From Candidatus Marinacidobacterium sp. (GTDB lineage Bacteria; Acidobacteriota; Vicinamibacteria; Marinacidobacterales; Marinacidobacteraceae): a DNA stretch of 64,000 nucleotides. Made by a program: the position numbers and the translations under genes. Below are positions 18,030-28,446 of this stretch, piece by piece. Positions within the stretch are counted from its first letter, which is position 1, and every line of letters starts with the position of its first letter. The stretch spans positions 416,001 through 480,000 of the forward strand of contig OZ244852.1 in assembly GCA_965220965.1 (NCBI GenBank), given 5' to 3'. Below the pieces are notes generated by a model. It made no database searches, was not told the DNA's origin, and saw only the letters and a program-made list of their open reading frames with translations.

Positions 18030-21029
18030 TCAGTCCTGGGCGAGCGCCCGGGCGGCCGCCTCGAGACGCTCGCGAAGCGCCGCGAAGCGGCGCTGGTGTG
18101 CCGGAGTCGGCGGATGGAGCGTCCCCTGGCGAACCTGGTCGCCGGTGAACTCGCCGTAGAGGCGGGCCAGCCGGGAGAGCGCCGAGGGATTGCGGAAGCC
18201 TCCGCCGCCGCGCAGATCGCGCAGAGCCTCGGCCAGCTCGCTGCTCAGGCCGTCCGGATTGCCGGCTGCGGCGGCCGCCCGGCACGCGGCGCCGATCGCC
18301 CCGCGGACCTCGACGAGGAAGGCCGAGCGCTCGGCGTACTGCTCCGGCGTCACGCCGGCGTTGGGGGCCAGCCGGACCTCGAGCTGCACGCTCAGGGTCG
18401 GCTCGCCTTCCTCCGCCGCTTCCGCCGATCCGTCCACCAGCCGAACCTCGTAAGAGCCCGCGGCGACCCGCGGGGCCGGAAGCGAACAGACGCCGCGGGC
18501 CTCGCGGCTTCCACCCTCCAGCGCCGAGGAGCGAAGGTCCCACACGATCCGCTGGAACCCGGGTCGGGGCTCGACCTCGGGGCGGGCCACGACCGCGCCG
18601 TCCTCGTTGCGGATCTCGAGCGCAGGAGACTCCAGCGCCCCGTCCGGCAGGAAGACCGTGAGCAGCGCGCCGTTCGGGGGGTTCTCCCCCGCGAAGCGGG
18701 CCTGCCCCTCGTAGCTCTCGTCCTTCCAGGGAAGGAAGACGTAGGCGGCGCGGGGAAAGAAGAGCTCGGGCGTCGTCGCGCCCGGGCGGTGGCGGGCGAG
18801 CGGAGCGCTGTCGTCGAGGATGTAGATCGAGCGTCCGTGGGTTCCGAACACCAGGTCGCGTTCCCTGGGGTGGACCTCGATGTCATCCACCGGAACGTGC
18901 GGAAGCCCTCCGCCGACCCGCATCCAGGCGCGGCCGCGGTTGAAGCTCCAGAAGGCGCCGACCTCCGTGCCGGCGACCAGGAAGTCCTCGCCCTCGGGGT
19001 GCTCGACGATGTCGTTCACCCAGCCGGGCGGAAGCTGCCGACCGATCCGCTGGAAGGAGACCCCCCGGTCGTCGGAGACGAACAGCAGCGGCGAGAAGTC
19101 ACCGAGCTGGTGGCGATCCAGCGCCACGTAGACCCGGTCCTCGTCGTGCGCCGAGGGGGTCACCCGGGAGACGGTGGCCCGCCGGGTGTCCACCGGAAGG
19201 CCTCCCTCGATGAACTCCCAGGTCTCGCCGCCGTCGTTCGAGACCGAGAGGCGCCCGTCGTCCGTCCCCACGTAGAGCAGACCGGCGACCAGCGGCGATT
19301 CGGCGAGGGTGGTGATGGCGCCCCAGTCGCTGACGCCGTCATGCATCGAGAGCATCCCCTCGGCGGGGAGGACTCCCAGGATCGGAATCTCGCTCCGGTC
19401 TTCCTGGCGGGTCAGATCCGTGGTGGCGCGCCAGTCGCTCCCCAGGTCGTCCGAGATGAACAGCCGGTTTCCCCCGAAGTAGACGCGGTTCTCGACGTGC
19501 GGGGAGAGCGCCACCGGCGACAGCCAGTGAAAGCGGTAGCGGTCTTCGTCTTCCGCCGGGAAGGGGCGGATCGGCGTGCGGTTGCCGGTGGCGGTGTCGA
19601 AGCGGACCAGGTTGCCGTTCTGCGACGCCACGAGCGCCACGCCCGGATCGTGCGGCGTCGCCTCCTGGTCCAGCCCGTCGCCGAAATTGGTCTGCTTCCA
19701 GTCGTCGTTCAGGATCCCCGCCTGGCGGTAGGTGGCCGACGGCCCGACCCAGGAGTGGGTGTCCTGGGCGCCTCCGTAGATGTTGTAGGGGAACTCGTTG
19801 TCCAGCGAGATGGCGTAGAACTGGGTCAGCGGCAGGTTGTTCATCTTCCGCCAGTTCAGCCCCCGGTCCCACGACTCGTATACGCCTCCGTCGTTCCCGA
19901 GGAGCAGGTGGTCTCCCAGCTCCGGGTCGATCCACAGCGCGTGGTGATCCCCGTGGACGCCGATGTCGTAGGTCGGCGTCATGCTGCGGTTCACCCGGAA
20001 GGTGCTCCCCTCGTCGTCCGACATGTGGAGCTGGGCGCCCAGCACGTAGACCTGCCGGATGTCGCCCGGGTCCACCTCGATGTGCGAGTAGTACATCGGG
20101 CGGGGATTCAGGTCCGAGATCCGGGTCCAGGTGGCGCCGCGGTCGCGCGACCGGTAGAGGCCCGACTCGGTGGCGTGCTCGACCAGCGCGAACACGTTGA
20201 GCGGATCGGACTCCGCGATCTCGAGGCCGATGCGGCCGATCGAACCGCCCGGAAGCCCGTTCTCGAGGCGCTCCCAGGTCGTCCCGCCATCCTGGCTGCG
20301 GTAGATGCCCGACTCCGGCCCGCCGCCGTTGAAGCCCCACGGCTGGCGCCGCCGGGTGTACGCCCCGGCGTAGAGGATCGAGGGGTTCCTCGGGTCCATC
20401 TCGAGATCCACCACCCCGGTGTCGTCCGAGATCTCGAGGACCGCCTCCCAGGTCCGCCCTCCGTCTTCGGTCCGGAACACCCCGCGCTCGCCGCCGCTCC
20501 GCCAGAGCGGTCCGAGCGCCGCCACGAACGCCCGCAGCGGGCGTTCCGGATCCACCACGATGCGCCCGATGTGGTGGCTGTCGGCGAGTCCGGCGTGTCG
20601 GAACGAGTCGCCGCCATCGAAGGAGACATGGACGCCGTTGCCGAACGCCGAACTCTGGCGGTTCGTCGGCTCCCCGGTCCCCACCCAGAGGATCGCCGGA
20701 TCCGACGGCGCCAGCGCGATGGCCCCGATCGAGGTCACGCCGTGGGTGTCGAAGATCGAGTCCCAGGTGACGCCGTTGTTCCGGGTGCGGAAGAGCCCGC
20801 CGGAGGCGGTGGCCACGTAGAACTCGTGGGGTCGCCCGGGGACGACGGCGAGTTCCGTGACCCGACCCGCCATCACGGCGGGCCCGATGGCGCGAAGCGG
20901 GAACTCGTCCATCACCGGAAGCGTCGAGCCCCCCGTCTGGCCCGCCGCCGGGACGGCGAACAGCGCCGCCAGCGCGAACGCCCCGGCGAGTCGCCATCCG
21001 GCGCGGTGAACCCTGTTCTGGTGGATCAT
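18030..21029 (-). CDS. Secreted VPS10/BNR (Asp-box) beta-propeller protein, glycosyl hydrolase-like
   Basis: Signal peptide; RAIGPAVMAGRV, WVGTGE, repeated SxDGGxTW, DHHALWIDP, GNDGG, GTHGRS. ATG 21029 follows GGAGA. Confidence 0.88.
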   Translation of the reverse strand: MIHQNRVHRAGWRLAGAFALAALFAVPAAGQTGGSTLPVMDEFPLRAIGPAVMAGRVTELAVVPGRPHEFYVATASGGLFRTRNNGVTWDSIFDTHGVTSIGAIALAPSDPAILWVGTGEPTNRQSSAFGNGVHVSFDGGDSFRHAGLADSHHIGRIVVDPERPLRAFVAALGPLWRSGGERGVFRTEDGGRTWEAVLEISDDTGVVDLEMDPRNPSILYAGAYTRRRQPWGFNGGGPESGIYRSQDGGTTWERLENGLPGGSIGRIGLEIAESDPLNVFALVEHATESGLYRSRDRGATWTRISDLNPRPMYYSHIEVDPGDIRQVYVLGAQLHMSDDEGSTFRVNRSMTPTYDIGVHGDHHALWIDPELGDHLLLGNDGGVYESWDRGLNWRKMNNLPLTQFYAISLDNEFPYNIYGGAQDTHSWVGPSATYRQAGILNDDWKQTNFGDGLDQEATPHDPGVALVASQNGNLVRFDTATGNRTPIRPFPAEDEDRYRFHWLSPVALSPHVENRVYFGGNRLFISDDLGSDWRATTDLTRQEDRSEIPILGVLPAEGMLSMHDGVSDWGAITTLAESPLVAGLLYVGTDDGRLSVSNDGGETWEFIEGGLPVDTRRATVSRVTPSAHDEDRVYVALDRHQLGDFSPLLFVSDDRGVSFQRIGRQLPPGWVNDIVEHPEGEDFLVAGTEVGAFWSFNRGRAWMRVGGGLPHVPVDDIEVHPRERDLVFGTHGRSIYILDDSAPLARHRPGATTPELFFPRAAYVFLPWKDESYEGQARFAGENPPNGALLTVFLPDGALESPALEIRNEDGAVVARPEVEPRPGFQRIVWDLRSSALEGGSREARGVCSLPAPRVAAGSYEVRLVDGSAEAAEEGEPTLSVQLEVRLAPNAGVTPEQYAERSAFLVEVRGAIGAACRAAAAAGNPDGLSSELAEALRDLRGGGGFRNPSALSRLARLYGEFTGDQVRQGTLHPPTPAHQRRFAALRERLEAAARALAQD

Positions 21030-21109
21030 GGGTGGTCTCCTGTTGGGCGCCCTGCGGTTCGTCCGGAACCCGGCGGGGATCCCGTCGCCGGGCGCGCCGG
21101 ACTCGCTCA

Positions 21110-22153
21110 TTATCCGATGCGGACCCGGCGGAGGACGCGGGCGAGGCCCTGGCGGGTCAGCCCCAGGTCCCGGGCCGCCCGGGCGCGGTTTCCGGCGGCG
21201 CGCTCCAGCGCCCGAAGCACCAGGAGGCGCTCGAATGCGAGCCGGGCGACGCCCAGCCGGCGCAGGGCGAGAAGGCGTGCGAGCTGCGGAGGGTCGGCGC
21301 CCGCGCCGGGTTGCTGAGGCCGCACGAGGATCCGGTCGAAGTCCCGGGCTTCGAGTTGCGCGGCCCCGGGACGGCGGAGGAGCGCGGCGGCGAGCGTCGA
21401 TTCGAGTTCGCGCACGTTCCCCGGCCAGTCGTGTGAAATGAGCCTCTCGAGCGCGCCGGCGTCGATCCCGGGCCGAGCCACCCGGTGCCGGCGGGCGAGA
21501 CGCTCCAGAAGCGTCGTGGCGAGGACGGGAATCTCCTCCGGCCGCTCCCGGAGCGGAGGCAGCGACAGCCGGATGACCTGAAGGCGATAGAGCAGGTCGG
21601 GACGAAAGGCGCCGGCGGCCGCGAGCTCCGCGAGCGGGCGCTGGGTGGCGGCGATCAGCCGGAAGTCGGACCGTCGGGTGCGCGTCTCCCCCACCCGCCG
21701 GAACTCGCGTTCCTGGATCGCCCGCAGCAGCAGGGTCTGGCCCCGGGCGGAGAGTTCGCCCACCTCGTCGAGGAACAGCGTTCCGCTCCCGGCGGCCTCG
21801 AGCAGGCCGCGGCGGTCGGTCCGGGCGTCGGTGAACGCGCCCCGCGCGTGGCCGAACAGCTCGGCTTCCAGCAGGCTCTCGGGCAGCGCCGCCGAGTTGA
21901 CCGCGACGAGCGGCCTGTCCCGCCGCCGGCTGTGGCGGTGGACGAAGCGGGCCAGGAGTTCCTTGCCGGCCCCGGTCTCCCCCTCGATCAGAACCGGGAC
22001 GTCGAACCGGGCGATCCGCGCCGCCTCGGCGAGCAGCCGCTTCGTGGGTTCCGACGCGGCCACGAACTCCGGCGCGCTCACCGGTTCGTTCCCGGGGGCC
22101 TCGAGTCGACCGGAGGAACCGGCCGGGGCGTCCTGGACCGTTTTAGCGCTCAC
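21110..22153 (-). CDS. Sigma-54-dependent Fis-family activator lacking an N-terminal input domain
   Basis: GETGAGKE, ELFGHARGAFTDA, LFLDEVGE, FRPDLLYRL, WPGNVREL, C-terminal HTH. Confidence 0.9.
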   Translation of the reverse strand: MSAKTVQDAPAGSSGRLEAPGNEPVSAPEFVAASEPTKRLLAEAARIARFDVPVLIEGETGAGKELLARFVHRHSRRRDRPLVAVNSAALPESLLEAELFGHARGAFTDARTDRRGLLEAAGSGTLFLDEVGELSARGQTLLLRAIQEREFRRVGETRTRRSDFRLIAATQRPLAELAAAGAFRPDLLYRLQVIRLSLPPLRERPEEIPVLATTLLERLARRHRVARPGIDAGALERLISHDWPGNVRELESTLAAALLRRPGAAQLEARDFDRILVRPQQPGAGADPPQLARLLALRRLGVARLAFERLLVLRALERAAGNRARAARDLGLTRQGLARVLRRVRIG

Positions 22154-24623
22154 CGCGCGCGGCGCGGGGGGATGGCGCGCCCGGCGCAGCCTCGCCGGTT
22201 CCGCGGACGACGGCGCCCAGGCTGGCCCGGACCCGCTTCAGGATGCCGCGCCGGATCTTGACGAGATCCTTCTCCCCGAGCGTCCGGTTCGGCGCCTGGT
22301 AGCGGACGGCGACCCCGAGCGAACGGGCGCCGGGCGCCGCTCCCGCTTCGCCGTCGAGCGCGTAGTCGTCGAAGACGCGCGCTTCCACCACCAGCGGATG
22401 GTTCGCGACTTCGCGGACGAGGTCGGCGGCGAGGATCCCGGGCCCGACGACGAACGCGAAGTCCTCGGTGGCGGAGGGATGGCGCGGCAGATCGGCGGCC
22501 GGGACCGGCGCGGTGGTGGCGGGGGCCAGCGAAAGGAGGAGGGTCAGGTCCAGCTCCCACACGAAGGCCTCGAGTTCGAGCCCGAACGCGGCGGCGGTGT
22601 CCGGGTGGGCCTGTCCGGCGAATCCGATCACGCCGCCCGCCGCCTCCACCTCGGCGGCCCGACCGGGGAGCATCCCGAATCGGGTCACCGGGCGGAACCG
22701 CGCCTCCAGCCGGAGACCCTCGAGGATCCGCTCCAGGCCCGCCTTGAGGTCGAAGAAGTCCAGGGCGTCGGTCGTGGGGCTTCCGAACCGGTCGGACCGG
22801 ACGCCGGCGACGAGCGCGACCGCGCGCTCCTCCTCCCGAGGCCGTCCGTCGGGATCGCCGGGCGCCGGCAGGTAGACCCTCCCCACCTCGAACAGCCCGA
22901 CGGACCGCGCGCCCCGGTCGAGGTTCAGCGCGGCGGCGCGGAACACGCCGGGCAGCAGCGACGTGCGCAGCGTGTCCCGGGCGCGGCCCATCGGGTTCTG
23001 GACCGTCAGCGGCGCCGGGTTCGCCAGCTCCGCCTCCGGGAGGACCGCGCCGAGATCCTCCCGGGAAACCAGCGAGTAGGTCTGGACCTCGAAGAGGCCG
23101 GCGTTCGCGGCGAGGTCCCTCACCCGTTCGCGAAGATCGCGCGCTGGAAGCAGGGGGTGGTGGGGGACGGCGCCCTCGAGCGGCGCCGCCGGGAGGTCGT
23201 CGTACCCGGTGATCCGGGCCACTTCCTCGACCAGGTCGTCCGGGACCCGGATGTCGCGGCGCCAGTGCGGAACCTGGACCTGGAGCGCCCCGCCATCGGG
23301 CGTGACGCCGAACCCCAGCCGGCGCAGCGCTCCCTCGGTCGCTTCGGCGGAGACCTCCATGCCCAGCACCTGCGAGACCCGCGCGCGGCGGAGCCGGACA
23401 TGGGTCGGAGTCTCCGGCTCGGGCCAGTAGTCGAGGATCCCGCTGGCGACGCGGCCGCCGGCGAGCTCGGCGAACAGGTTCGAGACCCGGGCCGAAGCGA
23501 GCGGCGCGAGTTGCGGCGGAAGACCCCACGCGAAGCGCCGGGCGGCGTCCGAGAACAGATCCAGCGCGCGCGCGGTGCGGCGCACGTTCGCCGGATGGAA
23601 GTTGGCGACCTCGAGAAGGATGTTCCGCGTCGAATCGGTCACCTCGGTCTCGACGCCGCCCATGACCCCCGCCAGCGCGATCGGTCCCGAGGGGTCGGCG
23701 ATCACCAGACGCTCCGGGTCGAGCTTGCGGAGCTTGCCGTCGAGCGTCGTCAGCGTCTCGCCGACCTCGGCGCGGCGCACCAGGATCCGCCGGTCGCGCA
23801 CCTTGTCGGCGTCGAACGCGTGGACCGGCTGCCCCAGTTCCAGCATCACGTAGTTCGTGATGTCCACCAGATTGCTGATGGGGCGCATGCCGGCCGCGGT
23901 CAGGCGTTCCCGCATCCACGCCGGAGACGGGCCCACCCGGACATCCTCGATGAGGGCCAGGGTGAAGCGGTGACACAGGTCGGGCGCGGCGACGTCGATC
24001 CCGGCGCGCCCGGAAATCTGGGGGCCGTCGCCACGGGCCTCGGTGTCCGGAAGGCGGAGCGGAGCGCCGGTGAGCGCGGCGACCTCGCGCGCCACGCCGA
24101 GGACGGAGAGCGCGTCCGAGCGGTTGGGAGTCAGGTCGAAGACGAAGACCCGGTCTCCCAGAACATCGGCGAGTGGCTCGCCGGGGGCGGGGGATCCCTC
24201 CAGCACGAGGATCCCGGCGTGCTCGGCGGAGAGGCCGAGCTCGGCTTCGGAGCACACCATGCCCGCCGACACGACGTCCCGGATCTTCGATTTCTTGAGC
24301 CGGCGGGGCTGACCGGTGCGCGGGTCGGTGAGGATCGCGCCTTCGCCGGCGAAGGCGATGTGCTGCCCGGCGGCCACGTTCGGCGCTCCGCAGACCACCG
24401 TCTGCGTGGCGCCGCCCCGGTCCACCGTGACGAGGCGCAGCCGGTCCGCATTCGGGTGCGGCTGCACCTCGAGGACGCGGCCGACGACGACACCCTCCCA
24501 TTCCCCGCCGATCCGGTCGATGTCCGTGACCTCGAGTCCGGCGAGGGTCAGGCGGTGCGCCAGCGCCGGGATGTCCTCCGGCAGGGGAACGAAGGTTTCG
24601 AGCCAGCTCAGCGGAACGCGCAT
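22143..24623 (-). CDS. pheT: Phenylalanine--tRNA ligase beta subunit
   Basis: MRVPLSWL, HPNADRL, VCGAPN, TPNRSD, VDITNYVMLELGQPVHAFD, DLVEEVARI, LRTSL, FDX-ACB tail. Confidence 0.97.
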   Translation of the reverse strand: MRVPLSWLETFVPLPEDIPALAHRLTLAGLEVTDIDRIGGEWEGVVVGRVLEVQPHPNADRLRLVTVDRGGATQTVVCGAPNVAAGQHIAFAGEGAILTDPRTGQPRRLKKSKIRDVVSAGMVCSEAELGLSAEHAGILVLEGSPAPGEPLADVLGDRVFVFDLTPNRSDALSVLGVAREVAALTGAPLRLPDTEARGDGPQISGRAGIDVAAPDLCHRFTLALIEDVRVGPSPAWMRERLTAAGMRPISNLVDITNYVMLELGQPVHAFDADKVRDRRILVRRAEVGETLTTLDGKLRKLDPERLVIADPSGPIALAGVMGGVETEVTDSTRNILLEVANFHPANVRRTARALDLFSDAARRFAWGLPPQLAPLASARVSNLFAELAGGRVASGILDYWPEPETPTHVRLRRARVSQVLGMEVSAEATEGALRRLGFGVTPDGGALQVQVPHWRRDIRVPDDLVEEVARITGYDDLPAAPLEGAVPHHPLLPARDLRERVRDLAANAGLFEVQTYSLVSREDLGAVLPEAELANPAPLTVQNPMGRARDTLRTSLLPGVFRAAALNLDRGARSVGLFEVGRVYLPAPGDPDGRPREEERAVALVAGVRSDRFGSPTTDALDFFDLKAGLERILEGLRLEARFRPVTRFGMLPGRAAEVEAAGGVIGFAGQAHPDTAAAFGLELEAFVWELDLTLLLSLAPATTAPVPAADLPRHPSATEDFAFVVGPGILAADLVREVANHPLVVEARVFDDYALDGEAGAAPGARSLGVAVRYQAPNRTLGEKDLVKIRRGILKRVRASLGAVVRGTGEAAPGAPSPRAARGER

Positions 24624-24636
24624 TTCGGTTGCCCGA

Positions 24637-25665
24637 TCAGAACTGCCGCAGGAAGCGGAGGTCGTTCTCGTAGAAGCGCCGGATGTCGCGGATGCCGTGG
24701 CGGAGCATGGCGATCCGCTCGACGCCGAGGCCCGCGGCGAAACCGGTGTAGACCTCGGGGTCGTAGCCCATCCGCTGCAGGATCTCCGGGTGGACCATCC
24801 CGGCCCCGAGGACCTCGATCCAGCCGCCGGGGCTGCTCACCGAGACCTCGACGCCAGGCTCGACGAAGGGGAAGTAGTCGCATCGGAAGCGGATCTCCCG
24901 GTCCTCCCCGAAGAGGCGCCGCGCGAACTCGAAGAGGGTCCCCTTGAGGTGGGCGAGGGTCAGACCGCGGTCCACCGCCAGAACTTCGGTCTGGGTGATC
25001 ATCCACTCGTGGGTGGCGTCGGTGGCTTCGTTCCGGTAGGTGCGCCCGGGCGCGATCAGCCGGATCGGCGGATCGTTGGCCTCCATGAACCGGATCTGGT
25101 TCGGCGACGTGTGGGTGCGCAGCAGCAGCGGCCGGGGACGTCGGTCTGCTCCGGGCGGCGGCGGCTCCAGCCAGAAGGTGTCCATCGCGTCGCGGGCCGG
25201 GTGGTCCGCCGGGATCCGGAGGGCCTCGAAGTTGTAGTAGTCCAGCTCGACTTCGGGGCCCTCGATGACGTGGAATCCCATCGAGGCGAAGGCGGCCACT
25301 ACGGCGCGTTCCGTCAGGGTGATCGGATGCAGGCCGCCCTCGGGAAGGGGACGCCCCGGGAGGCTCACGTCGAGCGCGGCGAGGCCCTCGGTGCGGCGGG
25401 TCTTCAGCTCCTCGAGCCGGCCGTGGACCGCATCGGTGAGGGTCTTCTTGGCCTCGTTCAGGGCGCGCCCGGCGGCGGCCCGCTCTTCGGGGGGCAGCTT
25501 GCCGAGGCCGCGCAGCGCGAGGGCCAGCCGCGAGCGGCGCCCCAGCCAGCGGACGCGCCAGGCATCGACGTCCGTGTCGGAAGCGGCGTCGGCGAGTTCG
25601 GCGAGCGCCTCCGGAACCTCGCCTCCGGAGAGAACGGGTTCGGTCGGTGTCTCGGAAGGAGTCAT
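24637..25665 (-). CDS. pheS: Phenylalanine--tRNA ligase alpha subunit
   Basis: [53 protein letters not shown]. Confidence 0.97.
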   Translation of the reverse strand: MTPSETPTEPVLSGGEVPEALAELADAASDTDVDAWRVRWLGRRSRLALALRGLGKLPPEERAAAGRALNEAKKTLTDAVHGRLEELKTRRTEGLAALDVSLPGRPLPEGGLHPITLTERAVVAAFASMGFHVIEGPEVELDYYNFEALRIPADHPARDAMDTFWLEPPPPGADRRPRPLLLRTHTSPNQIRFMEANDPPIRLIAPGRTYRNEATDATHEWMITQTEVLAVDRGLTLAHLKGTLFEFARRLFGEDREIRFRCDYFPFVEPGVEVSVSSPGGWIEVLGAGMVHPEILQRMGYDPEVYTGFAAGLGVERIAMLRHGIRDIRRFYENDLRFLRQF

Positions 25666-25782
25666 GGGGACGGAGCGGAGGCTGGGAGGCCCGCCGGCCG
25701 GCTGGCCGGACTCACGGGGCGGCAGGTCACGCGCCGCCCCTTCCGCCTCGGGAGGCCGCTCCCCGGAGAACGCGCGCGACGT

Positions 25783-26733
25783 TCACCCGCGTCGCCGCGC
25801 CGCCGTATCGTAGCCGAGCGGCGCCCTTGCGGAACCGGCGATTCCCCCGTCCGCCGAAGCGAAGGCGAGCACGAGACTCATCCACAGCGCCTGCGCCACG
25901 CCGAGGTGGATGAGCTGGAGCCACCCCGGGGCGCCGAGCGCGATGTTCACCGCGCCGATGGCCGTTTCCGCGACGGTCAGCAGGAGCGCCCCGCGGGCCC
26001 ACCGATTCGCCTCGATTCGTAGCAACCAGACGAGATAGATCGCGGCGCCCACCGCGACCACCGGATGGATCACGCGCAGCCGGACGAGGAAGTGGTTCCC
26101 GGCGGAAATGTCCGCGAGCACTTCGGCGAGGAAGACCCCGCCATCGGACACCGGCTGGGGAAAGAGGGTGTCTCCGAGCGCCGTCACCGCTCCGGTCATC
26201 GCGGTCGCCACCACAACGCCCAGCCCGACCGCGAAGGCGGCGCGTCGGCGACGCGAAAAACCGACCCGTCGGAGATCGCCGGCGCGCCAGGCCGCCAGCG
26301 CCGCGCAGGCGGTCAGCGCGAGGGTGTTCGTGAGGTGGAGCGCGATGACCACGGCGCGCGCCGCCGAGTCGTCGTCGCCGGTCAGACCCCCAAGGACCAG
26401 ACCGGCGCCGATCGCCCCCTCGAACACGATGAAGAGCAGGGTGAGCCCGACGGCGGTCGTGACCGGGCCGCGTCCGTAGCGCCGCCAGGACCACAGCAGC
26501 AGGAGGATGCCCCAGAGCCCGCACAGGGCGCTGGTCACCCGGTGGGTGAACTCGATGCGGGTCGCATCGGAGGGGTCTTCGGGAAGGACGACGCCCTGGC
26601 AGGTCGGCCAGTTCGCCCCGCAGCCGTCGCCGGAGTGGGTGATGCGCACCCACGCGCCGAACAGGATGACCCCCAGCAGATAGAGCGTGAAGAGCCACGC
26701 GACGGCGGGGAACCAGGACGGCCGGGCGGACAA
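25783..26733 (-). CDS. ctaA: Heme A synthase (COX15/CtaA family)
   Basis: GAWVRITHSGDGCGANWPTC, IEFTHR, further conserved TM histidines, about 8 TM helices. Confidence 0.88.
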   Translation of the reverse strand: MSARPSWFPAVAWLFTLYLLGVILFGAWVRITHSGDGCGANWPTCQGVVLPEDPSDATRIEFTHRVTSALCGLWGILLLLWSWRRYGRGPVTTAVGLTLLFIVFEGAIGAGLVLGGLTGDDDSAARAVVIALHLTNTLALTACAALAAWRAGDLRRVGFSRRRRAAFAVGLGVVVATAMTGAVTALGDTLFPQPVSDGGVFLAEVLADISAGNHFLVRLRVIHPVVAVGAAIYLVWLLRIEANRWARGALLLTVAETAIGAVNIALGAPGWLQLIHLGVAQALWMSLVLAFASADGGIAGSARAPLGYDTAARRRG

Positions 26734-26789
26734 GCGCCGTCATCCTACGCGGCGCGCGGCGGGGAGCCCGTTTCGCCCCCGCTGGCCCG

Positions 26790-26798
26790 TGTTAGACT
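26790..26798 (+). promoter_or_regulatory. Possible extended -10 element for tRNA-fMet
   Basis: TGtTAGACT 15 nt upstream of the tRNA, in otherwise GC-rich DNA. Confidence 0.4.
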
Positions 26799-26813
26799 GC
26801 GATCACCTCTGGC

Positions 26814-26891
<78 letters not shown>

Positions 26892-27010
26892 GTTGGTCGT
26901 CTCCACCGCGCCCGGGAAGGAAGGCGCGGTCGTTTGCTGGTTCCGTTCCGGTCGGGTGGTCCCGGAGTCCGGACCGTCCCGGTGAGCGTTCCGGGTCGAC
27001 GCGCGGCGTG

Positions 27011-28063
27011 ATGGCGACTTCGCGAGGGGGCCGGGGCCGCCGGCTGGACGTCGAGGGGCGCCTCGCCTCGCTGATCCCGCCCTCGCTGGCGGTTGCGGCG
27101 TTCGTTGTGGCGGTCGGGACCTCGGGTTACATGGTTCTCGAGGGCTGGTCGCTGCGCGAGTCGCTCTACATGACCGTGATCACGCTCTCGACGGTCGGGT
27201 TCGGGGAAGTCCGACCGCTTTCCGAGGGCGGCCAGATCTTCACCGTGGGCTTGATCCTGGGCGGCGTCGCCGCGCTCGGCTTCGCCCTGGTGGCGGTCGG
27301 CGAGCGGGTGGCCGACGCGCCCCGCAGGCGTCTCGAACGGAGGGTTCGCCGGATGAACGACCACGTCATCGTGTGCGGTTACGGGAGGATCGCCCGGACC
27401 GTGATTCCCGGGCTGCTCCGTCAGGGCTACCGGGTGAACGTCATCGAGCAGGCGGCGGAGCCGGCCGAGGCGGCGCGCCGCGCCGGCGTCCCGGTGCTGC
27501 GCGGGGACGCCACGGTCGAGGAGAACCTCGAGCAGGCGGGGGTCCGGCGAGCCGCGGTGGTGGCGGCGCTCCTGCCCCACGACGGCGACAACCTCTCGAT
27601 CACGATGACCGCGACCGCGCTGCGTCCGGGGATCCGGGTCGTCGCCCGCTCCGAGGAGGAGCGCTCGGTCGGGAATCTCCGGCGCGCCGGCGCCCATCCC
27701 GAGGATGTGGTTTCGCCCCACCGGACGGCGGGACAGGTCGTGCTCCGGATCCTCACGCAGGACGGCGGAACGCCGCTCACGCCGGACCTCCGGGAGGTCG
27801 CCGACGGCCATTTCGAGACCGGAACCCTGACCCTCGACGAAGACTCCCGGTGGATCGGGAAGAGCGTGGCCGAGGCGTCGATCGGCGCCGGGGCCAACGT
27901 GCTGGTGGTCGCCGTCACCGATCCGTCCGGCTCGACGCGCGTGGCGCCTCCGGGCGACCAACGGCTTCAGGCGGGGGACCGCCTGACCCTCATGGGGCGC
28001 GCCGAGGATCTCGAGACGCTGGGCGCGCGGCGCGGAAACGCCGAAGCGAAGCCCGGCGACTGA
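27011..28063 (+). CDS. Potassium channel with RCK (TrkA-N/TrkA-C) domains
   Basis: Two TM with TLSTVGFGE filter, HVIVCGYGR, GDAT, RCK-C tail. Confidence 0.92.
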   Translation: MATSRGGRGRRLDVEGRLASLIPPSLAVAAFVVAVGTSGYMVLEGWSLRESLYMTVITLSTVGFGEVRPLSEGGQIFTVGLILGGVAALGFALVAVGERVADAPRRRLERRVRRMNDHVIVCGYGRIARTVIPGLLRQGYRVNVIEQAAEPAEAARRAGVPVLRGDATVEENLEQAGVRRAAVVAALLPHDGDNLSITMTATALRPGIRVVARSEEERSVGNLRRAGAHPEDVVSPHRTAGQVVLRILTQDGGTPLTPDLREVADGHFETGTLTLDEDSRWIGKSVAEASIGAGANVLVVAVTDPSGSTRVAPPGDQRLQAGDRLTLMGRAEDLETLGARRGNAEAKPGD

Positions 28064-28090
28064 ACGGCCAAGCGGCGGCCCGTCCCCGGG

Positions 28091-28162
28091 AGCCGGCGAG
28101 TGGATTTGAACCACCGACCTGCTGATTACGAATCAGCTGCTCTGCCCCTGAGCTACACCGGC
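28091..28162 (-). tRNA. tRNA-Thr (CGU), CCA not encoded
   Basis: Minus strand GCCGGTG TAGCTCAG...CTGAT-TCGTA-ATCAG...GGTTCAAATCC...CGCCGGC T. Confidence 0.95.
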
Positions 28163-28268
28163 AACCCGTGAGAACCGAACGGTCCGCGTCGCGCCAGCCA
28201 GATGCCCAGTCGAAGCGTTCTGGCGGGCGTCAACGGGACCGCCCCTGATCCCGTGGCGACCCTCCGCC

Positions 28269-28343
28269 ATTCTATTGTGTCCACTGGCAGCCCGCGCCCC
28301 GAACCCTGGCGAGATCTCCGGGGAGACCGTCGCCGGGTAGAAT
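28269..28343. promoter_or_regulatory. Divergent TAGAAT -10 boxes flanking an imperfect palindrome
   Basis: TAGAAT on minus (28269-28274, towards tRNA-Thr) and plus (28338-28343, towards the DUF2946 ORF); CCTGGCGA..TCTCC/GGAGA..TCGCCGGG between them. Confidence 0.4.
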
Positions 28344-28446
28344 CGGAAGCGCGCAGCCCGGTCTCCAGATCGCTTGGCTGGCAGTCCGGCCTCCGTCGCC
28401 GGCTCTGTGATCCAGCGACGAGAGCGATGAGACCCGCAACCGGAAG

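Noticed and set aside
25666-25782. T-box or attenuator upstream of pheS
   Set aside because: A GC hairpin exists (about 25716-25740) but no T-box consensus or Phe-rich leader.
27180-27210. TVGFG instead of TVGYG selectivity filter
   Set aside because: Common variant in prokaryotic K+ channels.
28163-28446. Cobalamin riboswitch upstream of the TonB receptor/CobN operon
   Set aside because: Could not find the conserved GGGAA, CCCCGCxACTGT, GCCACTG or B12-box AGxCxGxAxACC elements in order; an Rfam scan would settle it.
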